33,269 nt of DNA, from contig CAYWUO010000002.1 of NCBI GenBank assembly GCA_964461285.1, forward strand, positions 1-33,269. Direction: 5' to 3'. Below, piece by piece: positions 1 through 9,052 of the stretch (position 1 is its first letter; each line of letters opens with the position of its first letter). Origin of the DNA: an uncultured Pirellulales bacterium (lineage in GTDB: Bacteria; Planctomycetota; Phycisphaerae; Sedimentisphaerales; Anaerobacaceae). The position numbers were made by a program, and so were the translations under genes. Below the pieces are notes generated by a model. The model had not been told where the DNA came from, did not search any database, and saw nothing but the letters and a program-made list of their open reading frames with translations.

Positions 1-165
1 TTCCAGTTCACTTATCAAGAACACAGCCTGCTTCTCAGGTGCTTTATCAATCGATAAGTGGACGTTTGGACAAAGTACAATGGGTCTTTTGCCTATAAGC
101 TCTGACAGCGACGCAAACTCTTCTACTGCTTCTTTTAGTTCCTGCTTGCTATCGTACATTTCCAT
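1..165 (-). CDS. hypothetical protein, first 55 codons only (ORF continues past the left window edge)
   Basis: Hand translation of the minus strand from the ATG at 165-163 gives MEMYDSKQELKEAVEEFASLSELIGKRPIVLCPNVHLSIDKAPEKQAVFLISELE, with no stop before position 1. It is absent from the ORF track because it is truncated. No Shine-Dalgarno sequence seen and no family recognised. Confidence 0.25.
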   Translation of the reverse strand, partial: MEMYDSKQELKEAVEEFASLSELIGKRPIVLCPNVHLSIDKAPEKQAVFLISELE

Positions 166-296
166 ACAAACAAAGACCACTAACACGTTTCTAAAAACCA
201 ATTTGTGTTGTGGTGGTGAGATGGTAGCGGGGTCTATCCTCGAAGACGGCTCCTTGTCCTCAAAGTAGCAGGATGAACACTGGTAGCAGTCCAAAA

Positions 297-638
297 TCAT
301 ATCGAGTTCTCGGCCTTCTTTTCTACTTTAGTCATATCTCTTGTATGAGTGGTGCGTTTGCCTCGTGATGATGCTTTGGCTTTTTTCAGACGAGATGTAA
401 TCTTGGCATCGACACGTGATATGAATAGTCCTACATTCGGGGTTACAGCCTTGTCGGCAAACCCGGCACCATTTAGAATCCGTGCAATTTCTGTAGCATC
501 CTGAAACTGCCGAGAAGAAGCTATTGCCTTTGCTTCTGCGCGTGTAAGAGATTTCAGAAAGGCCGGTAAACAGCCGTCACGCAAGGCATCCGCGTAATCA
601 ATTAGTAATTCCTGGATTTCTCGGTTTTCGTCAGGCAT
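297..638 (-). CDS. small soluble hypothetical protein (113 aa) immediately downstream of the sigma factor gene
   Basis: ORF track 297..677. I moved the start to the internal ATG at 638 (MPDENREIQ...) because it is preceded by AGGAGG plus a 7-nt spacer (minus strand ...ACAGGAGGAAAAAAATG). The longer start would overlap the sigma gene. No hydrophobic segment and no HxxxCxxC zinc motif. Confidence 0.55.
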   Translation of the reverse strand: MPDENREIQELLIDYADALRDGCLPAFLKSLTRAEAKAIASSRQFQDATEIARILNGAGFADKAVTPNVGLFISRVDAKITSRLKKAKASSRGKRTTHTRDMTKVEKKAENSI

Positions 639-666
639 TTTTTTCCTCCTGTAGGAAAATAGATAA

Positions 667-1239
667 TCAATCTTCACAATAGTAGTTGTTTAACATCTTC
701 TTCAGCTTCAATATGGTTCTAAATTCAAGCATTTTAACTGCCCCGACCGTGGTTTTAAGCTCATTGGCGATTGCCCTGTTAGAAAATCCTTCCATCCAGA
801 GCTCTATTGCCCTTCTTTCTCGTGCCTTGAGCTTGCTTAACATCCGGTGAAGGACCTGTTGAAGCTCAGCCTGGGACATCTTCTCAAGAGTACCTAAATC
901 CGGAGCAACAAGGTTTTTTAACTGTGTTTGCGATAAATGTAAATTCCGGTTAATCCTGTTGTAAACCTGCCTCAGGCGTTTGCGCATATAATATAAATAT
1001 ACGGTTCTGAGAAGCTGTTTCTCGGTTTTAACATTACGCAAGCGGCTCAGGTTCTCCCATATATCAGCGTAAACATCTTCTAACACATCCTCGCACTCTA
1101 CTTCATTTCCAAGATAACGATATAAGTACCTGATGAATATCTCGAATGTAGCACGTACAAAAGGCTCCATTGCCCGGCGCCGGCGTTGTATATCCGGGCT
1201 GGCGAGTCCTTTCAAAGCGTTTCGCAGCCGCTTGTTCAT
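667..1239 (-). CDS. RNA polymerase sigma factor, sigma-70 family (ECF-like, regions 2 and 4)
   Basis: 190 aa. Region-2-like segment: EDVLEDVYADIWENL...LLRTVYLYYMRKRL. C-terminal region-4 helix-turn-helix: LKARERRAIELWMEGFSNRAIANELKTTVGAVKMLEFRTILKLKK. Size is typical of group 4 sigma factors. Confidence 0.75.
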   Translation of the reverse strand: MNKRLRNALKGLASPDIQRRRRAMEPFVRATFEIFIRYLYRYLGNEVECEDVLEDVYADIWENLSRLRNVKTEKQLLRTVYLYYMRKRLRQVYNRINRNLHLSQTQLKNLVAPDLGTLEKMSQAELQQVLHRMLSKLKARERRAIELWMEGFSNRAIANELKTTVGAVKMLEFRTILKLKKMLNNYYCED

Positions 1240-1339
1240 AGCCTCTTACTCTTGCGTCTCTGTTCTCTGCTGAAATAGGATATTTATGAAGCTCCTGCCT
1301 TATTTATAAAGGCACGTAACTAACCATAAGTAACAATAA

Positions 1340-1368
1340 ATTATACATCGAAAGCACTATTTCCTCAA
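1340..1368 (-). promoter_or_regulatory. putative sigma-70-type promoter for the sigma factor gene
   Basis: Minus strand reads TTGAGG, a 17-nt spacer, then TATAAT. On the plus strand the -35 is 1363-1368 and the -10 is 1340-1345. It lies about 100 nt upstream of the ATG at 1239. Motif match only. Confidence 0.35.
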
Positions 1369-1452
1369 CAAACAAGTTTCAAAAGACCAGCAGGGCTCGA
1401 AAGGCATTTTTTAACCGGCTTAAATCCGGTTATTCGAGAGGTCGCCGGGTAT

Positions 1453-1863
1453 CTAAAAACCGTATACAGGTCTAAGCTCGTTTTGAGTTGGCATGTGGTC
1501 ATAATATTCGCCTCTTGTGCCGACGTAGCCAACACCATATTTTCTGAGTCGTACCTGGCTGACAGAGCCGTTGCTGTTCGTAATATTGACTGCAACATAT
1601 TTCATGTCTTCACGGATGCAGGTTCTTTGGGCTTGTGCGACTTTCTTGTCACTTTCATTGCCCACAAAATATCCTGCAGCGCCGCCTACCGCTGCTCCTA
1701 TCAGAGTTGCTTCGGTATCGCCGCCCGCTAACTGTCCAATGCCGGCCCCGGCTAAAGCACCAACGGCAGAGCCGGTTTGAGCGCCGCTCTCACAGCCGAC
1801 CGCGGCTAAAAGGCCGAGGCTTACAGCTATCACGATTAAATTTGTCACTAAGTTTTTGTCCAT
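1453..1863 (-). CDS. glycine-zipper lipoprotein (17-kDa-antigen / YMGG-like)
   Basis: Signal peptide with lipobox LLAAVGC. Gly/Ala zipper: GSAVGALAGAGIGQLAGG...IGAAVGGAAGYFVG. Strong Shine-Dalgarno sequence (GGAGGTGTAAAATG). Confidence 0.7.
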   Translation of the reverse strand: MDKNLVTNLIVIAVSLGLLAAVGCESGAQTGSAVGALAGAGIGQLAGGDTEATLIGAAVGGAAGYFVGNESDKKVAQAQRTCIREDMKYVAVNITNSNGSVSQVRLRKYGVGYVGTRGEYYDHMPTQNELRPVYGF

Positions 1864-1928
1864 TTTACACCTCCATTAAATTTCAAAGGTCTCTTAAAAT
1901 CTGTTTATACATATATCTGGAGCGGCAA

Positions 1929-4178
1929 TCAGCACCAGATATAATAGCCACTGAAACTCGCTCCTGCTGTTAAAGCACCTAAGGCCGTTATATAAATGGT
2001 CTTTCCGAAGCTGTTCGGAATGCACGCTTGAATTTCGGTTGTGACATTGCTTTCCATTGGGGCCTTGGCTGCATTTGCATCTTCGGATTTAATTTCGGAG
2101 GTCTTGATTTTAATCAGAAGCTCAAGCAATATTTTCGCTGCATTTTCATTTTCCAAATCCTCGCCGGCCCGCTGCAGCGGCTCCAGGGCCTTGTCAATTT
2201 CTCCTATGCCGAGCAGTTGATAGCCCAGCAGAAGCTGCAAATCTGCATCAAAGGCGAATTGTTCGGCTTTTTCTGTAAGGCGGTCGATTTGCTCAAACAG
2301 AACTTCTTCGTCGGCATAAAGACCACGGGGGTAAAACACGCCCTCTTTTTCAGGTGTAACCTTTGCCAGAGCTGTACGAAGAATTTCCACTGCCTCGGAG
2401 TATTGCTCATTGGCAACAAGTGCCTGAGAGTAGGCAAAAGGAAGTATCATATCATCGGGTGCCAGCTCCATTGCCTGGGCGAACTTTTCGATAGCTGTTT
2501 GATAATCATCGGCTTCAAATGCCTTGACCGCCTCGTCAAAATATACATCTGCCAGAGTCTGCTCATCGGGTTCGGCGGCCTGCTCCTGGGCGAGCTTTTC
2601 GCGAACGTCTGCAAAGGTAGTGTGGTCAACCGGCTGAATACCATCGGGCAGCTCAGTGGATTGGGTTACAACGGTACCATCGGTATCATAATAGTAGTTA
2701 TAGGTGTAATAGTTGTATGTTTCAGTTTGTACTTCACGGGCGATAGGGTAGTAGCCGTACCACGAGTATGGATGGCAGCCGTACCAGTAATAGCGGACAC
2801 AACTGTATTCTACCGGCCAGTAGCCGCCCAGATTGACAAAGATGTATCTGCGAAGATAATAAGGATAAACATACCGAAACGTGAGGCGCGGACCGCAGTT
2901 ATAGTGTACGACAAAACGATACTTCGGCTGGACTATTTTGTGGCATATACGGTCACGGTAATCCCTGTAAACATGCTCATTGCGATGGACGTGCTTTACT
3001 TTATCATGATGGAATACACGAGTTTTGCCTCTTCTATCGAAATCGTGACGTATCTTCCTATTCGTCATAGGTTTTCTATCTTCCCTGACCGCTTTTCTTA
3101 ATCTTGAGCTGGGCAATAACCTTTCGTGGGCTCTTTGGCCTGCTTTTTTGAGTTTTTTTGTGGTTTTTGCTCTGCCCGTGTGTGCTTTATCAGTTTCTCT
3201 GGATTTTCTAAGAATATTTCTGTCATTGTTCTTCTTGGTATTCAAGATATCAGGCTGTCGCTTACCATCACGAGCGGATTTTCTCTCACTATTAACACGC
3301 AGTTTATTATTTGAATCGCTGCCGCGAGGAGTTTTGTCTGACTTGATGCGGTCACCCCGGGTTGCGTCTGGTTTTTTATACGGCGTTGGAATAGACGGTT
3401 TTTTTGTTCTGTTCGAGTTTTGTTCCAGCCGTTTTTTCACATTTGCAACCAGCGTTTTTCCCTTGGTAATTGCGCCTGCAATACGGGATGTTTTGCCCTG
3501 ATTTATTCGATTATTCGAACGGACCGGCAATTGTTTTGGAGCAGTAGAAACAGAAGGTTCTTTATTATTTATTTTACCGCCGATGTTCCTGGTTATATTT
3601 AACTTTTGACGATTACTTAAGTTTATAACCGGTTGTTTACGTATAGTGGAGGCAGTTGCCTTATTGTTATTAATTGAACTGCCGATGCTGTGGGTCCTGC
3701 CCGGGCTTATACTGTTGCCTGGTCTTACAGTTACTTGTTTTGCTGCATTGGAATTTGCCTTTTGTTCTTTTCTTTCGCTTAAAGAGCTGCCGAAAGACCT
3801 GGGAGTATTAGTTGTGCTTCTGGATGGCAAGGTAGGAGTACGGCTTGTTGTTATCCTGCCTGGCTGGCGGACGCTGTGTGTAACTTGTCTTGTTGAGCTA
3901 TTGTCGTTCCGTTTTCTTGAATTGCTTAATCTGGTTCGAGACTTAGCAGATTGTGAGGAAGTAACCTTGGGTGTTGTTTTACGGACATTTGGCGACCGTT
4001 GGTTTTTTAGTGCAGCAGGGGCCTTTTGAACCTGCTGACTTTTTTGCCTGCCTCGGCTCGATTTACTGCTTTTAGTGCGGGCTTTTTTCGCTAAGACGGG
4101 TTCAGCGAGCAGCATTAAGGTCAAAGCCAACACTATCAAGGTGATTTTGGATTTGTCTGTGTATTTTAACGTTGACAT
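1929..4178 (-). CDS. large envelope protein: N-terminal signal/anchor, ~400-aa polybasic disordered region, Tyr/Trp/Cys-rich segment, acidic TPR-like region, C-terminal hydrophobic segment
   Basis: ORF track 1929..4229. The start was moved to the ATG at 4178 (MSTLKYTDKSKITLIVLALTLMLLAEPVLA), which follows AGGAGG plus 6 nt. TPR-like helices: DDYQTAIEKFAQAMELAPDD, EQYSEAVEILRTALAK. C-terminal hydrophobic tail: TIYITALGALTAGASFSGYYIWC. Confidence 0.7.
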   Translation of the reverse strand: MSTLKYTDKSKITLIVLALTLMLLAEPVLAKKARTKSSKSSRGRQKSQQVQKAPAALKNQRSPNVRKTTPKVTSSQSAKSRTRLSNSRKRNDNSSTRQVTHSVRQPGRITTSRTPTLPSRSTTNTPRSFGSSLSERKEQKANSNAAKQVTVRPGNSISPGRTHSIGSSINNNKATASTIRKQPVINLSNRQKLNITRNIGGKINNKEPSVSTAPKQLPVRSNNRINQGKTSRIAGAITKGKTLVANVKKRLEQNSNRTKKPSIPTPYKKPDATRGDRIKSDKTPRGSDSNNKLRVNSERKSARDGKRQPDILNTKKNNDRNILRKSRETDKAHTGRAKTTKKLKKAGQRAHERLLPSSRLRKAVREDRKPMTNRKIRHDFDRRGKTRVFHHDKVKHVHRNEHVYRDYRDRICHKIVQPKYRFVVHYNCGPRLTFRYVYPYYLRRYIFVNLGGYWPVEYSCVRYYWYGCHPYSWYGYYPIAREVQTETYNYYTYNYYYDTDGTVVTQSTELPDGIQPVDHTTFADVREKLAQEQAAEPDEQTLADVYFDEAVKAFEADDYQTAIEKFAQAMELAPDDMILPFAYSQALVANEQYSEAVEILRTALAKVTPEKEGVFYPRGLYADEEVLFEQIDRLTEKAEQFAFDADLQLLLGYQLLGIGEIDKALEPLQRAGEDLENENAAKILLELLIKIKTSEIKSEDANAAKAPMESNVTTEIQACIPNSFGKTIYITALGALTAGASFSGYYIWC

Positions 4179-4476
4179 AATATGCCTCCTTTCGCGGTCC
4201 GGTATATTTGTTAAAAAGTGCCGTTGCATTTGTCAGTACCTTTATATTTGGTTTATTTTTGCCTAAATAACTGCAACCAAAGCTTCTGCTCTACCTATTA
4301 AAGGCGCCAATATGAAGTCCGGTAACGGGAATTTTGCCTTAAAACGCTTGTTTTCAACAGATTATAAGCGTCAATATGCTGTCGTATTTCCCAGTTGTTT
4401 TATCTCCAGCGCATTTTTGAAAATACGAATTATTGTACTATATGCCTTTTTCTGTAACCGATTATATTCTAAAAAC

Positions 4477-4493
4477 TATCGCTATTAGCGATA
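4477..4493. promoter_or_regulatory. perfect 8-1-8 palindrome (possible operator) in the long intergenic region
   Basis: The sequence tatcgcta-t-tagcgata was read directly. It sits in the 780-bp AT-rich spacer between two divergent genes. No binding protein can be assigned. Confidence 0.2.
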
Positions 4494-4958
4494 ATAGAAT
4501 ACTTAGTCTGCTTTAAAAAACAAATCATTTCAGACACGTCAAGTGATGAGCATGAATTAGAAATAAACCAGCAGGGAAGAGGTTTTCGAGTTTTAAAAAG
4601 CAACGCATGGAAATAACTTTTGCCTATGCTTGTATGGGATTTTTATTGGACAAATTATTAACAAAATTAGCAATTTCTTCTGCCAATACCAATAGCCGAT
4701 AATATCACTGTAGAAATTCAGGTTTTAGTTGGCAAATCGGTTTTTTCCATCTGGTTATGATAAGGGGATAAGTATGTTAAGTGAAGTAAAAGTATCACCG
4801 AAGAATTAAGAACAAGATAATGGGGTGGTATTGTCCGTAAACACCAAGGTTACAAATTAAAAATAGCTATTGGTTAGGAAAGCACGGGAGCAGTACGCAG
4901 GAACTGTTGAGCCGAGGAATGGCAAGTATCTAACAAGTTTTTTATATGGGGGTAAATT

Positions 4959-6320
4959 ATGTTTACACAAAGACATCGTTTAACACGTTTATTAACAGTT
5001 GAACTGATATTTTTGATTGTGTTTGGCTTTGGCATGCAGTTATTCGCACAGCAAAAAGACCCAAATGAACAAATGAATTTGTCCGAGCCAATTAGTAAAG
5101 AGCCTAATGATAATGTCGAATCATCTTCGCCGGCTGAATTCGGTAAAGATTCAACTAACTGGATAGAACAAATATTCAAGCCAATTATAAGGTATTCGCC
5201 GGCGGATATAGATGTGCCTTACACCATACTTCCGGACGCGATTGAATCTTGGAAAGGTTTCAAGAGACATATGGAAGAAAAATATGGCACAAGCATAAGC
5301 ATATTACTGGATGACCATCACCAGCATATCCTCAATGGGCCGGGGGCTCGCAAGGGACGAAATATTTTCTGGTGGAACGCGACTATTAAACAGAGAATCT
5401 GGAAAGGCGGCAAGGTGATATTTAAGGCCAGGGGTAGTAATACTGACAGAAATCCTCCCAATGGAATTACACCTCTTGTCGGCTCAAGACTCAACTTAGA
5501 TTGGGCGGCTTATGAGACACAAATGTTGTATGTGGCAAATCTTTATCTCGAACAAATGTTCTGTAATAACAAGCTAATGATAGCTGCCGGCAAAATAACT
5601 TTTCCTTCTTATTTTGACGAGAACAAATATGGAAGCTGGGACTTTTTCTCACACTCCCTTGCCAGAAACCAGGCATTCCCCCATAGATATCATACCATTG
5701 GTGCCCTTGGTAAATACGTTATATCAGACCGGCTTTATGTGTCAGCTGGAGTAACTGATGCCCAGGGAATCCGCTCGGAAACCGGCCTGAACACTGCCTT
5801 TCGTGACGAAGACTACTTCATAACAATGGGCGAAGTGGGAATAAAAACCAAAAACAATAAAGGTCTCGAAGGCAATTATCGTTTTGATGTCTGGTATAAC
5901 CCACAACCACTGACCAGATATGACGGCAAAGGAGCCGAGCGTGACAACATCGGCTATGGCGTCAGCTTTGACCAGGCCATCACAGAAGAATTAGGAGCAT
6001 TCTTCCGTTACGGCTGGAACGACGGACGCGTAAACAAATTTTCCAACTGCTGGAGTGCAGGCGGGAACTACAAAGGTCTTATCCCTCAGCGTAGTAAAGA
6101 TGTCCTGGGGTTTGGAGTTGCACAGGGCATCACTCACCAGGATTTCAGACGCGCCAAAAACGCCACACACACAGAGACTATTATTGAGGCCTACTATAAG
6201 ATTTTTATTGCAGAGTGGTGTTCACTTTCTCTCGACATTCAGACACTGCTAAATCCAGGCACAAATTCATCCAACGATACGGCCGTGATTCCCGGTTTCA
6301 GACTCAAGATACTTCTCTAA
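4959..6320 (+). CDS. outer-membrane carbohydrate-selective porin, OprB-family-like
   Basis: Signal peptide ending LFA/QQ. The segment LYVANLYLEQMFCNNKLMIAAGKITFPSYFDENKYG resembles the OprB core motif (LxEaWyeQ..l.lk.Gr....eF). Alternating beta-strand-like pattern through to the C-terminal end (...AVIPGFRLKILL). Family assignment is from memory of the motif. Confidence 0.6.
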   Translation: MFTQRHRLTRLLTVELIFLIVFGFGMQLFAQQKDPNEQMNLSEPISKEPNDNVESSSPAEFGKDSTNWIEQIFKPIIRYSPADIDVPYTILPDAIESWKGFKRHMEEKYGTSISILLDDHHQHILNGPGARKGRNIFWWNATIKQRIWKGGKVIFKARGSNTDRNPPNGITPLVGSRLNLDWAAYETQMLYVANLYLEQMFCNNKLMIAAGKITFPSYFDENKYGSWDFFSHSLARNQAFPHRYHTIGALGKYVISDRLYVSAGVTDAQGIRSETGLNTAFRDEDYFITMGEVGIKTKNNKGLEGNYRFDVWYNPQPLTRYDGKGAERDNIGYGVSFDQAITEELGAFFRYGWNDGRVNKFSNCWSAGGNYKGLIPQRSKDVLGFGVAQGITHQDFRRAKNATHTETIIEAYYKIFIAEWCSLSLDIQTLLNPGTNSSNDTAVIPGFRLKILL

Positions 6321-6391
6321 AAGAACTATAGAAGTGTATTTTTTAATGATTGTTAATAACAGAAAGAAAAGAAACAAAAAGGGGATTTAAA

Positions 6392-7507
6392 ATGAGTAAT
6401 TTAAGAATCAATATCAACAACAGGAAAATTGTATTTTTTAGTGTGTTACTTGGAATTGCCGCCATAGCTGTGGCATTGCTTCTTTGGCAAGAAACACCCA
6501 GGGAATCCCGGGCAGTACAACCCAAGAAGGTTGAAAAGACGGTCTTGCCTGAACCAGTCCGGCCTGCGAAGCAATTCAAGATTCTGCATATTATGAGTTA
6601 TCATTCACCATGGAAATGGACGAATAGTCAGTTCCGGGGATTTAAAGACGCATTAAGAGACCTTGATGTAGAATACAAGGTTTTTCAGATGGACACCAAA
6701 CGTCAAAGCTCGGAGCAGTGGAAACTGAATGTTGCGGCCCAGGCGAAGGAGCTAATCGATACATGGAAGCCGGACCTTGTTTACACAAATGATGACGATG
6801 CCCAGCAGTATGTTGTGAAACATTATGTCAATACGGACATACCTTTTGTTTTCAGCGCAGTCAATGCTGAACCTGAGCAGTACGGATTTGCAGGGAGTAA
6901 AAACGTAACAGGCGTTTTGGAACGGATGCACTTTGTCCAGAGCGTGCAGCTGTTAAAACAACTTGACCCAACAATTCAGAGAATAGCTGTAATCACAGAC
7001 ACGGGCAAAATGTGGGTCTCTATGATGGAGAAAATGGTGCAAAGTGAAAGCAAACTACCAAAGGACGTAAAAATTACAGATTACTATGTAATAAACACAT
7101 TCGAGGAGTACAAGAAGACAGTGAAAGATTTAGAAGGTAAGGTAGATGCACTGGGAATGCTTGGAGTCTTTGAATTTAAAAATGAAAATGGTGACAATGT
7201 ATCGTTAGAACAAATCCAGCGTTGGACAGTAGAAAACAGCACCTTGCCTGATTTCAGCTTTTGGAAAGACCGGGTTGATAAAGGAACACTATGTGCAGTT
7301 ACGGTATCAGGTTTCGCTCAGGGCCAGGCAGCCGGTAAGATTGCCAAAGGTATATTGCTCCAAGGCCGAAGCCCCGCCAGTTATACGATGGAAGCAACGG
7401 AAAAGGGTGTTCCAATCATAAACCTTGCCAGGGCCAGAAAGCTCAACCTTAATCCAAAGTCAGGTACAATGCTGACGGTTGAAGTAGTTAAAGAGTTTCT
7501 CTGGTAA
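6392..7507 (+). CDS. membrane-anchored periplasmic binding protein, ABC_sub_bind (PF04392)-like, probable sensor partner
   Basis: ORF track 6350..7507. The start was moved to the ATG at 6392 (MSNLRININN...). N-terminal anchor: IVFFSVLLGIAAIAVALLLW. The block ILHIMSYHSPWKWTNSQFRGFKDAL is typical of this binding-protein family. It ends 6 nt before the kinase gene. Confidence 0.65.
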   Translation: MSNLRININNRKIVFFSVLLGIAAIAVALLLWQETPRESRAVQPKKVEKTVLPEPVRPAKQFKILHIMSYHSPWKWTNSQFRGFKDALRDLDVEYKVFQMDTKRQSSEQWKLNVAAQAKELIDTWKPDLVYTNDDDAQQYVVKHYVNTDIPFVFSAVNAEPEQYGFAGSKNVTGVLERMHFVQSVQLLKQLDPTIQRIAVITDTGKMWVSMMEKMVQSESKLPKDVKITDYYVINTFEEYKKTVKDLEGKVDALGMLGVFEFKNENGDNVSLEQIQRWTVENSTLPDFSFWKDRVDKGTLCAVTVSGFAQGQAAGKIAKGILLQGRSPASYTMEATEKGVPIINLARARKLNLNPKSGTMLTVEVVKEFLW

Positions 7508-7513
7508 TTAAGT

Positions 7514-9052
7514 ATGAAACTTAAAATTCGTACGAAAATTTTAATTATCGTGGTTGCAACTTTTTTACTTGCAACGGGCTTAAACACATTCGTTACCAGC
7601 CGTGTGTTCAGAACAGAATATTCTGCTGCATTGCAGTCGAAGATGGATGTTGTTGCTAACACGCTCATGTCGCAGATAGAAAGATTATCGAGACTCGGAA
7701 TCACCATCGATAATATCGAGGGATTTGAAACGCAGTGCTTGGAAGTGCTGCGCAAACACAAAGATGTGGCCTACGTTATGGTGACACGAATAAACGGCCA
7801 TATTCTGTTTCACAATGACCCGTCACTTAACAACACTATGATAACCAATCCGGACATCCTCAAGGCGCTTAAGCGTAACCAGCAGGAAGCTTACTCATCC
7901 GGTGCTGATGGGAAAAAGTACTGTAATACAATAATACAATTTTCGAATGGTTCGAGTGGTTCAAGCATCGTTGTGATTGTGGGATATCCCACAGCCCTTA
8001 TTGAAAGCAAGATACAGGAGCTTCGTCAATACAGCTTTATTGCGGCTATGGTATCTTTAAGCGTCGCGACATTTTTGTTACTAATCACCCTTTCAATTTC
8101 TGTAACTAAACCATTATCTACACTAATTGGCACAATTGAGGAAATCAGAACAAGTACAGACTTGAGTAAGAGAGTGAAACTAACGTCTAAAGATGAGTTA
8201 GGTTACCTTGCCGATTCTTTTAATAAAATGGCGGACTATCTGCAAAAGACAACTACATCGATAGATAATCTCAATCAAGAGGTCGCAGTACGCAAAAGGG
8301 CAGAGCAGCGTCAGACTCAACTTCTTGAAGAATTAGAAAAGGTTAATCAGGAGCTAAAGGACTTTGCGTACGTGGTCTCGCACGATTTGAAAGCGCCGCT
8401 GCGTGGTATTAAAACTCTGGCCGATTGGATAACAACCGATTATGTGGATAAGCTCGATGATGACGGAAAAGAGCAGATGCACTTGCTTACAAGCAGAGTT
8501 GACCGAATGCACAACCTTATCGATGGTGTGCTTCAATACTCGAGAGTAGGACGGGTTGAAGAAGAAAAAGTTATGGTGAATCTGAATGAACGTATTCCGG
8601 AAGTTATTGACCTGATTGCACCGCCGGAGGATATTACAGTCACTATCGAAAATGAGTTGCCTACGATTGAATGTGAACAAACCCGCATTATGCAGGTGTT
8701 CCAGAATCTACTGAGTAATGCTGTGAAGTATATAGATAAACCACAAGGCCAGATAAATATTGGCTGCATCGAAGAGAACGGTTTCTGGAAGTTTAGTGTC
8801 GCTGATAACGGCCCCGGGATTGAGGAAAGGCATTTTGAGAAGATTTTTCAAATGTTCCAGACGTTATCGCCGCGTGATGAGTTTGAAAGTACCGGCGTTG
8901 GCCTTACGTTAGTAAAGAAAATTGTTGAAATGTATGGTGGAAGAATTTATATCGTTTCCGAGATAGGGAAAGGAAGCACATTCTACTTTACACTGCCAAA
9001 ACAAGAAGTGGGGCTTATAAATGCGCAACGCCAAGCCAATACTATTAGTTGA
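7514..9052 (+). CDS. sensor histidine kinase (2 TM, periplasmic PDC/Cache-like domain, HAMP, HisKA, HATPase_c)
   Basis: TM segments: ILIIVVATFLLATGLNTFV and FIAAMVSLSVATFLLLITLSISV. HAMP: DELGYLADSFNKMADYL. H-box: FAYVVSHDLKAPLRGI. N-box: NLLSNAVKY. G-boxes: DNGPGI and GVGLTLVKKIVEMYGG. Confidence 0.9.
   Translation: MKLKIRTKILIIVVATFLLATGLNTFVTSRVFRTEYSAALQSKMDVVANTLMSQIERLSRLGITIDNIEGFETQCLEVLRKHKDVAYVMVTRINGHILFHNDPSLNNTMITNPDILKALKRNQQEAYSSGADGKKYCNTIIQFSNGSSGSSIVVIVGYPTALIESKIQELRQYSFIAAMVSLSVATFLLLITLSISVTKPLSTLIGTIEEIRTSTDLSKRVKLTSKDELGYLADSFNKMADYLQKTTTSIDNLNQEVAVRKRAEQRQTQLLEELEKVNQELKDFAYVVSHDLKAPLRGIKTLADWITTDYVDKLDDDGKEQMHLLTSRVDRMHNLIDGVLQYSRVGRVEEEKVMVNLNERIPEVIDLIAPPEDITVTIENELPTIECEQTRIMQVFQNLLSNAVKYIDKPQGQINIGCIEENGFWKFSVADNGPGIEERHFEKIFQMFQTLSPRDEFESTGVGLTLVKKIVEMYGGRIYIVSEIGKGSTFYFTLPKQEVGLINAQRQANTIS

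Noticed and set aside
1413-1431. Stem-loop aaccgg-cttaaat-ccggtt downstream of the lipoprotein gene, considered as an intrinsic terminator
   Set aside because: On the transcribed (minus) strand the hairpin is followed by an A-run, not a U-run. The stem is only 6 bp and AT/GC mixed.
2028-3101. 357-aa ORF on the plus strand, antisense to the 749-aa envelope protein gene
   Set aside because: The translation is Cys/Phe/Ile/Leu-rich nonsense with no domain features. It lies entirely inside a gene that has a strong Shine-Dalgarno sequence, a signal peptide and TPR helices. Long antisense ORFs are expected opposite low-complexity K/R/S-rich coding sequence.
4874-5179. 101-aa minus-strand ORF overlapping the porin start
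   Set aside because: It is antisense to the porin signal-peptide region and has no ribosome-binding site or recognisable features.
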